DNA of 64,000 nt. Source: a virus. Lineage: Duplodnaviria > Heunggongvirae > Uroviricota > Caudoviricetes. Numbering within the stretch: position 1 is the stretch's first letter; the number at the start of each line of letters is the position of its first letter. The notes below the pieces were generated by a model. The model ran no database searches. It saw only the letters and a program-made list of their open reading frames with translations, and had not been told where the DNA came from. Location: the IMG/VR virus record IMGVR_UViG_3300021475_000005. One strand, 5' to 3'. The position numbers and the translations under genes were made by a program. Positions 55,163-64,000 of this stretch are shown piece after piece.

Positions 55163-55870
55163 GTGCCCATGCCAAAGACCTATTATCGCGGCGTAAATGC
55201 TGGAAGAGGACGCGCAAAGCGTCGTTCTCGCCGTCCCAAACACGGTTACGGCAAAGTTAACGCCTTGACGCCTGCGCAATTCCTGAAGGTGTGGGAACTG
55301 GCTGGGCATACAAAGGCTCCTCTACGGGATCGTGCGCTTGTCGGCTTGTCATTCGGATGCGGGCTGCGTGGTTGCGAAATTGCCGGATTGCGCTGGCACA
55401 CAAATGTTTTGGATGCCGATGGCAAAGTCGCTGAACGCATTCACATTACCTCCGATATCGCAAAGATGTCTATCGAACGCTTTATCTACCTGACACCTGA
55501 AGTGCGCGAAGCACTCGTTGCGCTCCACAAGGCGCGACCCAACGATCCATATGTCATCTATCCCTTGCAGCCTCATCGGGCTGGATCGAAGCGTGCGAAA
55601 CAGCTTGGTCCTCACCGCTGTCATCCGAACACACTTGTCCAATACTGGAAGCGCCTCTACAGACAGGTCAAAATTCATCACTGCGCAAGCCATACGGGGC
55701 GCGTAACGTTTGCGACAAATGCCGGTCGCCAATGCAACCTCGTTGGCGGCTCGACTCGTGACGTTCAGGACTTGCTTGGGCATGCGTCGCTAGAATCCAC
55801 TCAGCGCTATATGATGGAACAGGATGGTGCCCATCGAGCAGCGCTCGTTCGCCGCATCCTTCCTTTCTAA
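55163..55870 (+). CDS. tyrosine site-specific recombinase (small integrase/Xer-like)
   Basis: GLRGCEIAGLRW (Arg box), CASHTGRVTFAT and LLGHASLESTQRY (the H..R...Y catalytic tail). Confidence 0.7.
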   Translation: MPMPKTYYRGVNAGRGRAKRRSRRPKHGYGKVNALTPAQFLKVWELAGHTKAPLRDRALVGLSFGCGLRGCEIAGLRWHTNVLDADGKVAERIHITSDIAKMSIERFIYLTPEVREALVALHKARPNDPYVIYPLQPHRAGSKRAKQLGPHRCHPNTLVQYWKRLYRQVKIHHCASHTGRVTFATNAGRQCNLVGGSTRDVQDLLGHASLESTQRYMMEQDGAHRAALVRRILPF

Positions 55871-56130
55871 TGGCGATCCATCCAAAAGACCATACGTCGT
55901 CAAATCCGCGCCTCCAATGTTCCTGCTGTGGGAAATGGAAGCGGCTGATACGGGCAACTGAACACCCCGACCATTCGGGTTGGATGGAGAATTTCTACGG
56001 CGGATGTTCATATACTGACGATGATCATCTCGCTGGGGATCATGCTGAAGTCTGCGTGGAATGTTGTGACACGAAATGCAGGGCGCTTGCCGAGGAGAAA
56101 AAGAATGAAAAAAGATCATCGCGGAAATAA
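55870..56130 (+). CDS. hypothetical Cys-rich small protein
   Basis: Contains CSCCGKW..C..C and CVECCDTKC clusters. Confidence 0.35.
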   Translation: MAIHPKDHTSSNPRLQCSCCGKWKRLIRATEHPDHSGWMENFYGGCSYTDDDHLAGDHAEVCVECCDTKCRALAEEKKNEKRSSRK

Positions 56131-56359
56131 AATCTTCGAGTTCGTGCATCGAACGCATCATTTCGAAGTTTTCGAAGACCCGAAAGCAGAGGACGAATAC
56201 ATATTCGTCGGCTACCATAACGGGCAGCAGAGTATCACTGCTACCCGCGCCGACATCTGTGCCCGCGCAATGCAGAAGAAGCATCTCTATGGACTTCCCG
56301 AAGGGGAACTCATAGACTTTCAAACTGCGGTCGCAAAACTAAAGAAGGCAAAAACATGA
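56106..56359 (+). CDS. hypothetical protein
   Basis: In-frame ATG at 56106 (MKKDHRGNK). Confidence 0.3.
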
Positions 56360-56583
56360 TTATCGGGCGACAAATATTGATCCGAACCATTGCGATTCTT
56401 GCAATGATTTGGGGCGGTCCATTCCTGCTGGTTATCGTCATCTTAAACGTGCATTCTATTGGAACACTTTTGTTCGGATGCGCAGCATCCTTAACCAATA
56501 TGCTGGCATCGGCGACGTTGCTGACGGTTCCACTTGACAGTCCCTTTATGCCGCTTCCTTTGCCCGATGATCAACCTTCATAA
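56356..56583 (+). CDS. small membrane protein
   Basis: Two transmembrane segments (IAILAMIWGGPFLLVIVIL; LLFGCAASLTNMLASATLL). Confidence 0.4.
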   Translation: MIIGRQILIRTIAILAMIWGGPFLLVIVILNVHSIGTLLFGCAASLTNMLASATLLTVPLDSPFMPLPLPDDQPS

Positions 56584-59500
56584 GATAAAAAGCCATATTG
56601 TCATCTGCGTTCAGTCCTGACCGCACCATATAGTCTATCTCGTCGATCTTGAATGTGCGTCCGTCCAAGATCGGCATCATCTTCATGAAGCGCGACTTCT
56701 TCTGGTCGTCGTTGTTGCCGGTGATGACATCCCAATCAGCGTTGATTGCCCATGCAAACAGTTCAGCCGGAGTGAGCATCCGATTGACTTGATACTTCTT
56801 GAGCCATTCCTTGACGAATTGCTTGACGGCAGCTTCATCTGCATCCTGTGCGACAACTTTCTTATTATCGAGAAAGCCTTCGATGCCGCACGCCTGAAGA
56901 ACACCACCAACTTTTTCTGCCCAATCTTCGAAGCTGGCACGTTTGCGGGCTGTGAAAGGGACTGCTCCCGTCGAGAGCCAGTATTCGATCATCGTTAAGA
57001 TATGACAAACTGCGACACCACGCTCGCGCTTGACGAATTGTTCGAAATCACTGTGCAAATAAGTGCGTTGCTGAATGTCATTTGTTTTGGCATTCATGCG
57101 AATCCAGCAGATACGGCGTTCCATCTCGCCTTTGATATCTGGATTGTTACCGGTACCGATCCAATTAAACCGGTTGGGACGTTCGATATTCTTTGAAGAG
57201 CCGAGAAGGCGACCACCAATTTGCTGTGCGGTCAATGACTGAAGGATTTGACGATTATTGAATTCGCGCACATCGTCAAAAAACAAATGCGAGCGCGTCT
57301 CCATGATGGCAGCGGTCAATGCCTTCTGCATTTCTTCTTCGTTTTGGGTATAGCGCATCGGGGCCGATTCGATCCCATCGAATAGGAGCATAGGAAGTTT
57401 GCCGAGAAGCGTTCCACCAGTACCGGCAGTTGGTTTGGTGATAAAGAAGACCGGTGTGCAACTATTGATCATGCGCCGCATAAAGGGTGTCAAAAGCATC
57501 GCGAAAGCATTTGCCTCGGAAGGCTCGCGTCGTTCATTGCCTTGAAGATCGTAATCAAGGAATGGAAAGTCACTAAACAAGTGATAACGCAGCCAATCGC
57601 GTGCGATTTCCATCTCTTCGTGCGTCGGATTTACCGGGACTGGTGGAATTGAGAATCCCGTGTTCGGCATCAGAATATCATGGTCTTGAAGCCAACCGGG
57701 ATTCAACATCAAGGTATTATCCGGCAGATATAATGGTGTATAGATAACTTCCGGAGTTGGCGGCAATTGCGTATAGCATTGCTCATAGACGTGATCACCG
57801 ACTTCACGGGGAACAGCAGAACGTGCGCCTTCGCCTTTTTCGTTTTTGCACACAAATGCGACACGCATATTCAGTTCGGACCACATAGAACGCGGGTTGA
57901 GAGGGTCGAATGCAATGCGACCATCTTTGTTTGCGCGCATGCGGACGGGGTCGCCGTTGATGTGGCTAAACATAGGCCAATTTTCTTTTGCGTTCGCCTG
58001 TTTCAGAATCGCATAGCACCGTGAAGTTGCGTCATCAAAATTGAATTCGCCATGAAACGTAAAGATATCCAAACCTTTGACAACGGCATCCGTATGCCGC
58101 TTTTCAGCAGCACTCATCTTATGCTCGACATCTTTAAACAACTTACGAACGACCGCAGTTGTTGAACTAACTTTCTTTGCAAGTTCGGTGTGAATAAAAG
58201 AAACTGAAAGCGCATCCAATTTAGCGTCAATTGTCATTCTGATGGCTTCTTCAATTTCCGAAGGGGAACTATCGGCTTTTAGATCGTCCAATGCCTGACG
58301 ATAATCACGTTTAGCATTATCTTCTTTCTGAATTCTCTTCGCCACTTCGGGCTTCGGCGCATCTTCCGGCGCAATGGCATTGAATTGGTCATCATCTAAT
58401 ACGGAACGATCAAACCAACCATCCGTAACCATCTTGCCCAACATGTCGAGCAGAGTGTACTGCCGACAAGATTCATGCCGACAAGAAATCGTGAACCACT
58501 CTGTCGTGCCGTCCCCCGCATTCACTGCGAAACAAGCACGATCATCAAGATCGCCGGGATTATTATGATTTTCGTCGAACGGACATTCGATATCCACGCC
58601 AGACGTACCTTTGCCGCGAATCCGGTCTGGACAATATGTTTCCAAAACATCGACGATTTGAAAGCCGTGCGCAGCCTTCATTGACCAGCGGCCTAACGCA
58701 CGACCGCCTTCCGTTTTCGACTTGCTCGTGCCTTTGCTGACCTCTGCTGCCAGACGGTCTAGCGGATCGTCGAGTTCGAGCGAGCGCCAATCGAAAAGAT
58801 CACCGCCAAAAATTGAAATTTCGTAGGGACGATTTTTTGCATGCCGAGGGAAGTAAAACAACCGGGAGGGATCGGTGCCGGTTTTGTCGAGAGGAATGTT
58901 GAGCTTCTCGGCGAGGGCAAGCGGGACTTTTGTCCAGCGTTCCATAGCGGCCTGCTGCGTGACGCCTTCATCCGCGATCACAAATGGTTTTGCAAATGGG
59001 ATGATGATGCGCGTCTTTGGCATCGGCGCGTGTTCGACGATAGCCATAATGCCTTTTTCGTTATGCTCATCGCCAACGTAAAAGGCGCTCTCGATGACGC
59101 TTGCATCCCACTCTTTCGAAATTAAGTAACGCTTGATTTGATCGTCGCCGATTTCTTCGCCGGACGCGAACTTCAAGAGCGCATCTTTTTTGAATTCGGT
59201 GCGCGTTTTGTTGTGAGAATGCGTTGTGTAGCAGATCGCAGAGCAGCCTAAATCTTTCAATGCTGCATATACCGTTGCGAGGGGTGTTCCGGTGTCAATG
59301 TCGAGCCCCACGCCTGACAAAGATATGACTGCATTTTTGAGTCGGCGACCCTCGACCATCTTGCCGACAACGAATGCCGGGCCATCTTTTTTGCCTTCCT
59401 TATGTTCTGACAGGCGCATGAAAAAGGTGGCAATGTCCATCACCACCGGTTTCCAGTTCTTGGATTCCGCGCTGCCCCCGACTGTGATAATCATTTCTTG

Positions 59501-60070
59501 TACATATCGATCATCACTCGGATCGAACGGCGTCAGCACGGACGCGTCGTGAAATTTGCCGAGCACTTCCATGTCTGTGCTCGCAGACTGAGTAACGTAG
59601 GCGCTTTCGAGATCGCGTAATGTGCAGTAGATGTCAGCATCCACATATGCAAGCGACCATCCGTCCGTTCCCGGCAATGGAATGCATTCATCGAGGGCAT
59701 CCATTCCAAGCGCATCAGCAATCGGCTGCGCCTGCGCAACGCTCGCCGGACGATCAAGCGTCCACACGAGAATCATCGTGCCGTCTTTGAATAAGGCAGC
59801 CGTAGGTTTAACACGACATTCAGTGTAGGAATCTTCGGATGCGTCCTCGATGACACCGAAGAAAAAGGCGACGCCGTCATCGGTCAGCGGGCTAACGCGA
59901 AGCTTGCCTTCGTTCTCTTTGAAGAACGCTGGATCGCTTATGGCTAGTTCGCATCCGTCGAGGAAGACCGGAATTGGGGATTCGGTGGCGGCGTAGGTTG
60001 CGTTGAGGAATTCAGAATATTGAGACATGCACCTTGGGAGAATCGGGATGGGCGAACATCGCTGAAACAA
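56546..60070 (-). CDS. DNA primase / D5-P4alpha-like helicase (primase zinc-binding motif plus P-loop NTPase)
   Basis: 1174-aa ORF. Zinc-ribbon-like CPFDENHNNPGD..CFAVNAGDG..CRHESC. The C-terminal half has Walker-B-like FFDDV and motif-C-like WIGTGNNP. Confidence 0.5.
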   Translation of the reverse strand: MFQRCSPIPILPRCMSQYSEFLNATYAATESPIPVFLDGCELAISDPAFFKENEGKLRVSPLTDDGVAFFFGVIEDASEDSYTECRVKPTAALFKDGTMILVWTLDRPASVAQAQPIADALGMDALDECIPLPGTDGWSLAYVDADIYCTLRDLESAYVTQSASTDMEVLGKFHDASVLTPFDPSDDRYVQEMIITVGGSAESKNWKPVVMDIATFFMRLSEHKEGKKDGPAFVVGKMVEGRRLKNAVISLSGVGLDIDTGTPLATVYAALKDLGCSAICYTTHSHNKTRTEFKKDALLKFASGEEIGDDQIKRYLISKEWDASVIESAFYVGDEHNEKGIMAIVEHAPMPKTRIIIPFAKPFVIADEGVTQQAAMERWTKVPLALAEKLNIPLDKTGTDPSRLFYFPRHAKNRPYEISIFGGDLFDWRSLELDDPLDRLAAEVSKGTSKSKTEGGRALGRWSMKAAHGFQIVDVLETYCPDRIRGKGTSGVDIECPFDENHNNPGDLDDRACFAVNAGDGTTEWFTISCRHESCRQYTLLDMLGKMVTDGWFDRSVLDDDQFNAIAPEDAPKPEVAKRIQKEDNAKRDYRQALDDLKADSSPSEIEEAIRMTIDAKLDALSVSFIHTELAKKVSSTTAVVRKLFKDVEHKMSAAEKRHTDAVVKGLDIFTFHGEFNFDDATSRCYAILKQANAKENWPMFSHINGDPVRMRANKDGRIAFDPLNPRSMWSELNMRVAFVCKNEKGEGARSAVPREVGDHVYEQCYTQLPPTPEVIYTPLYLPDNTLMLNPGWLQDHDILMPNTGFSIPPVPVNPTHEEMEIARDWLRYHLFSDFPFLDYDLQGNERREPSEANAFAMLLTPFMRRMINSCTPVFFITKPTAGTGGTLLGKLPMLLFDGIESAPMRYTQNEEEMQKALTAAIMETRSHLFFDDVREFNNRQILQSLTAQQIGGRLLGSSKNIERPNRFNWIGTGNNPDIKGEMERRICWIRMNAKTNDIQQRTYLHSDFEQFVKRERGVAVCHILTMIEYWLSTGAVPFTARKRASFEDWAEKVGGVLQACGIEGFLDNKKVVAQDADEAAVKQFVKEWLKKYQVNRMLTPAELFAWAINADWDVITGNNDDQKKSRFMKMMPILDGRTFKIDEIDYMVRSGLNADDNMAFYLMKVDHRAKEAA

Positions 60071-60094
60071 TCTAACATGTCAAGGAAACCGACT

Positions 60095-60373
60095 CTATTC
60101 GCCAGTCTTGAGCCATTCGATGAGAGGGGGCGCACCACGGCGGCGCGTGATTCTGACGAGCCCAGCCTTGATCGCGTGATGATATAGGTCCTCGGGCTTC
60201 TGCATGCGCCCTATACGAGCCAAGCCGAGTTGATGTTTTTTCCGCCTGCGACGACGGGGAGGCTGATTGAAGGCTTCAATCAGTGCTTCATCATTGCCGC
60301 TGGGAACAGGAGAAGTAGGGGAATCGGATGTTTGGGTAATCGGCTCTTCAGCCGTCGAGGTGATGCTCTGCAC
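60095..60373 (-). CDS. hypothetical basic protein
   Basis: 92-aa ORF containing an Arg/Lys run. Confidence 0.3.
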   Translation of the reverse strand: MQSITSTAEEPITQTSDSPTSPVPSGNDEALIEAFNQPPRRRRRKKHQLGLARIGRMQKPEDLYHHAIKAGLVRITRRRGAPPLIEWLKTGE

Positions 60374-60557
60374 GAATGTTCTCTGCTGTTCGAAAGATGA
60401 GAAGGATGAACCATGCTACTGCGGGTAGCATCACGAGATGCCACGGCAGGAGGACGGTCCAGAGGAAGGATAGGGATATTATTTTTATGATGATGCACAT
60501 CATAGCGAAAATCAGAATGATACCTGTCGCGGTGATGTCTTTTTCTTGCGTTTCCAT
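60348..60557 (-). CDS. small membrane protein
   Basis: 69 aa with two hydrophobic helices. Confidence 0.35.
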   Translation of the reverse strand: METQEKDITATGIILIFAMMCIIIKIISLSFLWTVLLPWHLVMLPAVAWFILLIFRTAENIRAEHHLDG

Positions 60558-60601
60558 AGCGAATCCCTTAACAGCTATTTACCTATCTCGGTCTTAAATG
60601 A

Positions 60602-60644
60602 TTGTCAACCCCCCGTTGACAAATCCTTTCCGATTGGCTATCAA
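60602..60644 (+). promoter_or_regulatory. promoter with an overlapping palindromic operator
   Basis: Perfect palindrome TTGTCAAC-ccccc-GTTGACAA (60602-60622). Its right arm supplies the -35 TTGACA. A 17-nt spacer follows, then TATCAA (60639-60644). Confidence 0.45.
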
Positions 60645-60671
60645 GAACCCTCGACAGTATACGGAGAACGC

Positions 60672-61253
60672 ATGAACGACGCGGACGAACTTGATTTTGA
60701 CGATGGTGCCACCTCAGTCATCACTGGGGATGCACCACGTTTACAGGCCGCGCGTTCGCCGGAAACTGCTGCGCAGATGAAGCCGGGTGGTAAGATGGTC
60801 AATGTGCAGCCTCTCGGGGTAGAAGCACAGCGCGAATTCATCTCGCTGCGCACGCCTCAAGGTGCAGTTCGCATCACCTTTTCCCATTTCCCATTTCTCA
60901 AGGCTCTCTGGCGCGTCTCACTGCGCAAACGAGTACGGGGAGAAGATGAAGGTGTGCGCGCAAAGGAGATCGCGGATGAGATGAATATCTCGACCACAAA
61001 GGTCACCGCAATCATCTCGTCGCTTCGCAGCAACGAAGTCGCCCGATCTGTCACCACTCACGAAGGATGGGCAAAGGTCGTAAGTAAGCACTATCCGACT
61101 GAACTCGGCTACCAGCTTTTGGCGCTGGCGTCGTTTCTCGGGAATGGTGTTATACAGGTCGGCAGAAACTCAAGTGCATGGGCAAACCGTGCTAATGACG
61201 AGCCGGAAAGCTTTTTCCGGCATGCCGATTTTATTCGCGCAAAAACCAGCTAG
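60672..61253 (+). CDS. putative winged-helix transcription regulator
   Basis: A GGAGAA ribosome-binding site. HTH-like segment KEIADEMNISTTKVTAIISSLRSNEVA. Confidence 0.4.
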   Translation: MNDADELDFDDGATSVITGDAPRLQAARSPETAAQMKPGGKMVNVQPLGVEAQREFISLRTPQGAVRITFSHFPFLKALWRVSLRKRVRGEDEGVRAKEIADEMNISTTKVTAIISSLRSNEVARSVTTHEGWAKVVSKHYPTELGYQLLALASFLGNGVIQVGRNSSAWANRANDEPESFFRHADFIRAKTS

Positions 61254-61266
61254 AGGGAGAGTACAG

Positions 61267-61713
61267 ATGGCAAAAAACGGTGAATTTATCGAAATCCTCG
61301 ATCCTGCCGATTTTCAAAAGATCGGTATGAGCATTGGAGGTACATATTGGCAAGTCGATGTTGCCAATGCAACGAACAATTCAAAGTCACAAATCACGCG
61401 CTTTTTGAACAAGCAGCGGACACCGACTTATGCATTCGCGCAGTGCCTCAAAGGCATGATGATTGAGCGCATCGAGAACATCTCACAGCATTTCAGCACG
61501 CGGGCGCTTCCACTCTGGAATCATCGAGACACAAAAAAGGCCCAAGCATTGATTGCCGAGGCCATTACCATCTTGGAACGTGGAGATGCAGTGATGCCGC
61601 GTTTTCAGCCGAAGCCGCCAAAACCGCGCGGTGGGAATAAGGCTCATACCGTCGTGAAGGCACGGAAGAAAGCCGCGCCGACGAAAAGCCGGGATATCAA
61701 GAAGACTGTTTAA
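61267..61713 (+). CDS. putative HTH DNA-binding protein
   Basis: A GAGGGAGAG ribosome-binding site. Contains NNSKSQITRFLNKQRTPT (XRE-like) and a basic C-terminus. Confidence 0.4.
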   Translation: MAKNGEFIEILDPADFQKIGMSIGGTYWQVDVANATNNSKSQITRFLNKQRTPTYAFAQCLKGMMIERIENISQHFSTRALPLWNHRDTKKAQALIAEAITILERGDAVMPRFQPKPPKPRGGNKAHTVVKARKKAAPTKSRDIKKTV

Positions 61714-62054
61714 TCGGAAGCTTTCGCATCAGTTACAGCGCGCCAGACGCGGGTAAAGAACCCGTAGTGCTGTAGCTCGTACTGATTGACGTACAAGGCA
61801 CGTTCTTTAGCCCATCCGGCGACCGTCATCTTGCAATCCGAATAGGCTCCATAGAGTCCAATCGTCAATTCAGCTTTCTCACGGGCGGTACGCGGCTTCG
61901 TGGGGTCTGCACGCACATCCACCTTCGGAGCATCTTGGCAAGTCGTCAGGATCGATGGATAAAGTGCGTCCGGAGGCAACAGGCCTGCGTTCTCGGCGCA
62001 GCCTGAGAGCACCAGACCAAGCATAACCACTCCTAAAATTGGAATGTATTTCAT
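61710..62054 (-). CDS. outer-membrane lipoprotein, o-spanin candidate
   Basis: Signal peptide with a lipobox (VLSGC). It is the last gene of the lysis cluster. Confidence 0.5.
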   Translation of the reverse strand: MKYIPILGVVMLGLVLSGCAENAGLLPPDALYPSILTTCQDAPKVDVRADPTKPRTAREKAELTIGLYGAYSDCKMTVAGWAKERALYVNQYELQHYGFFTRVWRAVTDAKASD

Positions 62055-62055
62055 C

Positions 62056-62307
62056 TTAATTTCCGAGCTTATCGAGATGCGTATCCGTATTTTGGATCAT
62101 CTTATCGACAAGGTCCTTCAAGGCCGGACGTGCTTGAACATCAGGATTTTCTGGCGGAATAGGAGCCTTGTCATGAATCACTACTGTACGCAGGATCACT
62201 TCAGCCGGAACAACGGGCACAAAAGGATCGCGCGCCGCTCCGCCTGCCGGAACCATAAAGCCCATCAAGCTACTTGCTAGTAGCAGAACTATTGTTGTTA
62301 GCTTCAT
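62056..62307 (-). CDS. i-spanin candidate (N-terminal signal-anchor plus periplasmic domain)
   Basis: MKLTTIVLLLASSLMGFMV followed by a charged periplasmic segment. It overlaps the upstream gene. Confidence 0.35.
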   Translation of the reverse strand: MKLTTIVLLLASSLMGFMVPAGGAARDPFVPVVPAEVILRTVVIHDKAPIPPENPDVQARPALKDLVDKMIQNTDTHLDKLGN

Positions 62308-62695
62308 CTTTTCCAATCGCGTCCCACGCTGCATCATCTTCATCTCCAACAGGTGCAGTATTGATTACGTCTTGCAAATGCTTTTGTACGATTACGGCTG
62401 CGTTTTTCTTTTTTGTCACATCGGTAATTACCGCTTGTGTATTGGCTTGAGCAGTGACGGTACTTTTCGCCACTGCATTCTGTTGCTGATCTTTCTTGAT
62501 CGTCTCACCCGCATTGATAAACGCAACAAGACCTAAAAAGGCTGCAACGCCAACCCAAATTCTCCAGTTCAACAAATCGGCGATCAATGCCGGTAAACCT
62601 TCGATGAAAAATACGGCTGCGGCTGCGGCGAGTACGCACAAGACCGCGATAAGCATCGGCAGATTAAAGAAAAGAGGAGCGAGAGTTCCGAGCAT
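62270..62695 (-). CDS. holin candidate (two transmembrane segments plus a hydrophilic tail)
   Basis: The start is 7 nt after the endolysin stop, with an AGGAAG ribosome-binding site. Transmembrane segments: LAPLFFNLPMLIAVLCVLAAAAAVFFI and IWVGVAAFLGLVAFI. Confidence 0.4.
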   Translation of the reverse strand: MLGTLAPLFFNLPMLIAVLCVLAAAAAVFFIEGLPALIADLLNWRIWVGVAAFLGLVAFINAGETIKKDQQQNAVAKSTVTAQANTQAVITDVTKKKNAAVIVQKHLQDVINTAPVGDEDDAAWDAIGKDEANNNSSATSK

Positions 62696-62702
62696 GGGCT
62701 TC

Positions 62703-63314
62703 CTAGGGAGTAAAGGCTTCTGCGGTCTGATATGCTTTTGCAGCGTCCCATCCGCTATAAACAAGCAACTCAGCGATGCGGCGACGAAAAAGGCCTAGAT
62801 AGAACTGTCCTCCACCTTCAGACCAGTGAACGAAGGCAGTAGGCATATTAGTAGAACTCACATGATTGACGGCATCTTGATAGAGATCGCCAAGAGAAAT
62901 CTGTCCGACCTCGCGATTACCGGCATTGTGTAGCCGTTTTACGGCAGAAATTGCGAAATTCCCAATACCGACATTATATGTAAAGGAGAACATAGCATCA
63001 AATTGTGACTGCGTCGTGTCAGCCGCGACTTGGGCTGACAATTGTGCTTCACGGCTTGTCAGATCGGTTGTAAGGAGACTATCGGCTTGCTGCTGAGTGG
63101 CATCAGGCGCACCAAAGATGCGCATCATGGCAGCTTGAGCAAGCTGCTGTGCCAAAGTAGTTCCAAATGTCTTGGTATTGATTTCCTGACCGGAAGAGGT
63201 CGTGAGTGCGTGGCCCCATCCAACGGTCCAGACACCGACTGCGTCGATATAAGGCGTCAGAGAACACTTCTCAAAAGATTGAATGAGCGCTAGGCCCTCA
63301 GCAGAGATGTTCAT
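62703..63314 (-). CDS. endolysin, GH24 lysozyme (T4 lysozyme-like)
   Basis: AEGLALIQSFEKCSLTPYIDAVGVWTVGWGH matches the E..L..Y.D..G..TIG.GH signature. Confidence 0.8.
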   Translation of the reverse strand: MNISAEGLALIQSFEKCSLTPYIDAVGVWTVGWGHALTTSSGQEINTKTFGTTLAQQLAQAAMMRIFGAPDATQQQADSLLTTDLTSREAQLSAQVAADTTQSQFDAMFSFTYNVGIGNFAISAVKRLHNAGNREVGQISLGDLYQDAVNHVSSTNMPTAFVHWSEGGGQFYLGLFRRRIAELLVYSGWDAAKAYQTAEAFTP

Positions 63315-63386
63315 GGCTTCCAGTCACATAGACCGACACTTATCGTCTGGAACGGCGACTCTGTCAAGGATTCTAAAAAAGTTCCC

Positions 63387-63974
63387 TTAGAAGTGGATGA
63401 TCACCACATTTGTCGATGTAGAGGAACCACCACCGCTTCCAGCCCCTGATAATAGAATTTGCATATAAGCGCTCGGCTCACCACTTGATCCTGCTGTGAT
63501 AACAGACGAGACAGAAGACCCAGAAGACGCTACGATATCCTGCGCTCCTTGCCACGCACCATAACGGGTATTATCGAGTACGTTCGTGACAAAATCGAAA
63601 TTTGTTAATGAGACAAGAGCCGTAGCACTATAATTGACAGCGTCCAGAAGTGCGAGTGTATTATTGGAAGCTGTGGTATCGCTCGTCGTCGTCATCGACG
63701 ATCCGGAACCCTGATATCCGTTCTTTGAATCTACGAAATCGCTGGCCCATGTTCCGGTGACGCCACTGATTTCGAAAACCACAATCGACCAGAATGTCGA
63801 ACCGCTTGTGCATAATGTTGGGATCGGATCACTATCGCCTCCTTGCACATATCGGTAAAGGCCGATGATCATCGGGTCACTGCCGTTTAAGGCCTGATCG
63901 AATTGCGTCCAATTGGTGGAAATAGTAGGAGCAGCATTATTTCCATGAGACCAATTTAGAAATGCGATAAACAA
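63387..63974 (-). CDS. Ser/Thr/Gly-rich structural (tail-fibre-like) protein, C-terminal part. The ORF probably continues beyond the window.
   Basis: Low-complexity S/T/G-rich sequence. The ORF is open to the window edge. Confidence 0.3.
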   Translation of the reverse strand: MFIAFLNWSHGNNAAPTISTNWTQFDQALNGSDPMIIGLYRYVQGGDSDPIPTLCTSGSTFWSIVVFEISGVTGTWASDFVDSKNGYQGSGSSMTTTSDTTASNNTLALLDAVNYSATALVSLTNFDFVTNVLDNTRYGAWQGAQDIVASSGSSVSSVITAGSSGEPSAYMQILLSGAGSGGGSSTSTNVVIIHF

Positions 63975-64000
63975 GTCACCAACAATAGGAGTTCCTCCCA

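Overview
This 64-kb window reads as part of a large tailed-phage genome (or prophage) of about 50% GC. Genes are densely packed and alternate in blocks between the two strands. The gene content I can support falls into these groups:

- A nucleotide-metabolism and replication module on the minus strand: class I ribonucleotide reductase large subunit (NrdA) interrupted by a 298-aa intein, NrdB fused to a C-terminal glutaredoxin, ThyX, dNMP kinase, Dda-like helicase, YqaJ-like exonuclease, DnaQ-like exonuclease, family-A DNA polymerase, metallophosphoesterase and an orphan N6-adenine methyltransferase.
- ATP-dependent DNA ligase, a primase/D5-like helicase, an SNF2 helicase and rIIA/rIIB-like proteins.
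- A NAD+ salvage pair (NadV Nampt plus NatV NMNAT-Nudix) and two NADAR-domain proteins.
- An RtcB RNA ligase followed by a tandem pair of unknown paralogs.
- MazG-like and SpoT-HD-like alarmone hydrolase candidates.
- Two HNH homing endonucleases.
- A CI/LexA-like repressor, a small tyrosine recombinase, a ParB-like protein and an SPFH protein.
- A lysis cassette: GH24 endolysin, holin candidate, i-spanin and o-spanin candidates.

The most unusual regions are these. A roughly 1.3-kb ORF-free, hairpin-dense locus at 39.48-40.81 kb contains a tRNA-Met(CAU), a partial duplicate of that tRNA, a tRNA 3'-half-like element and what looks like a large structured RNA. An array of about nine hairpin units of roughly 75 bp, each with a conserved GGGTTTCA core, lies at 46.1-46.8 kb. 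There are also short sequence motifs that recur in intergenic regions and two AT-rich genes that look acquired.

All calls come from reading the ORF translations and the DNA directly; no database search was run.
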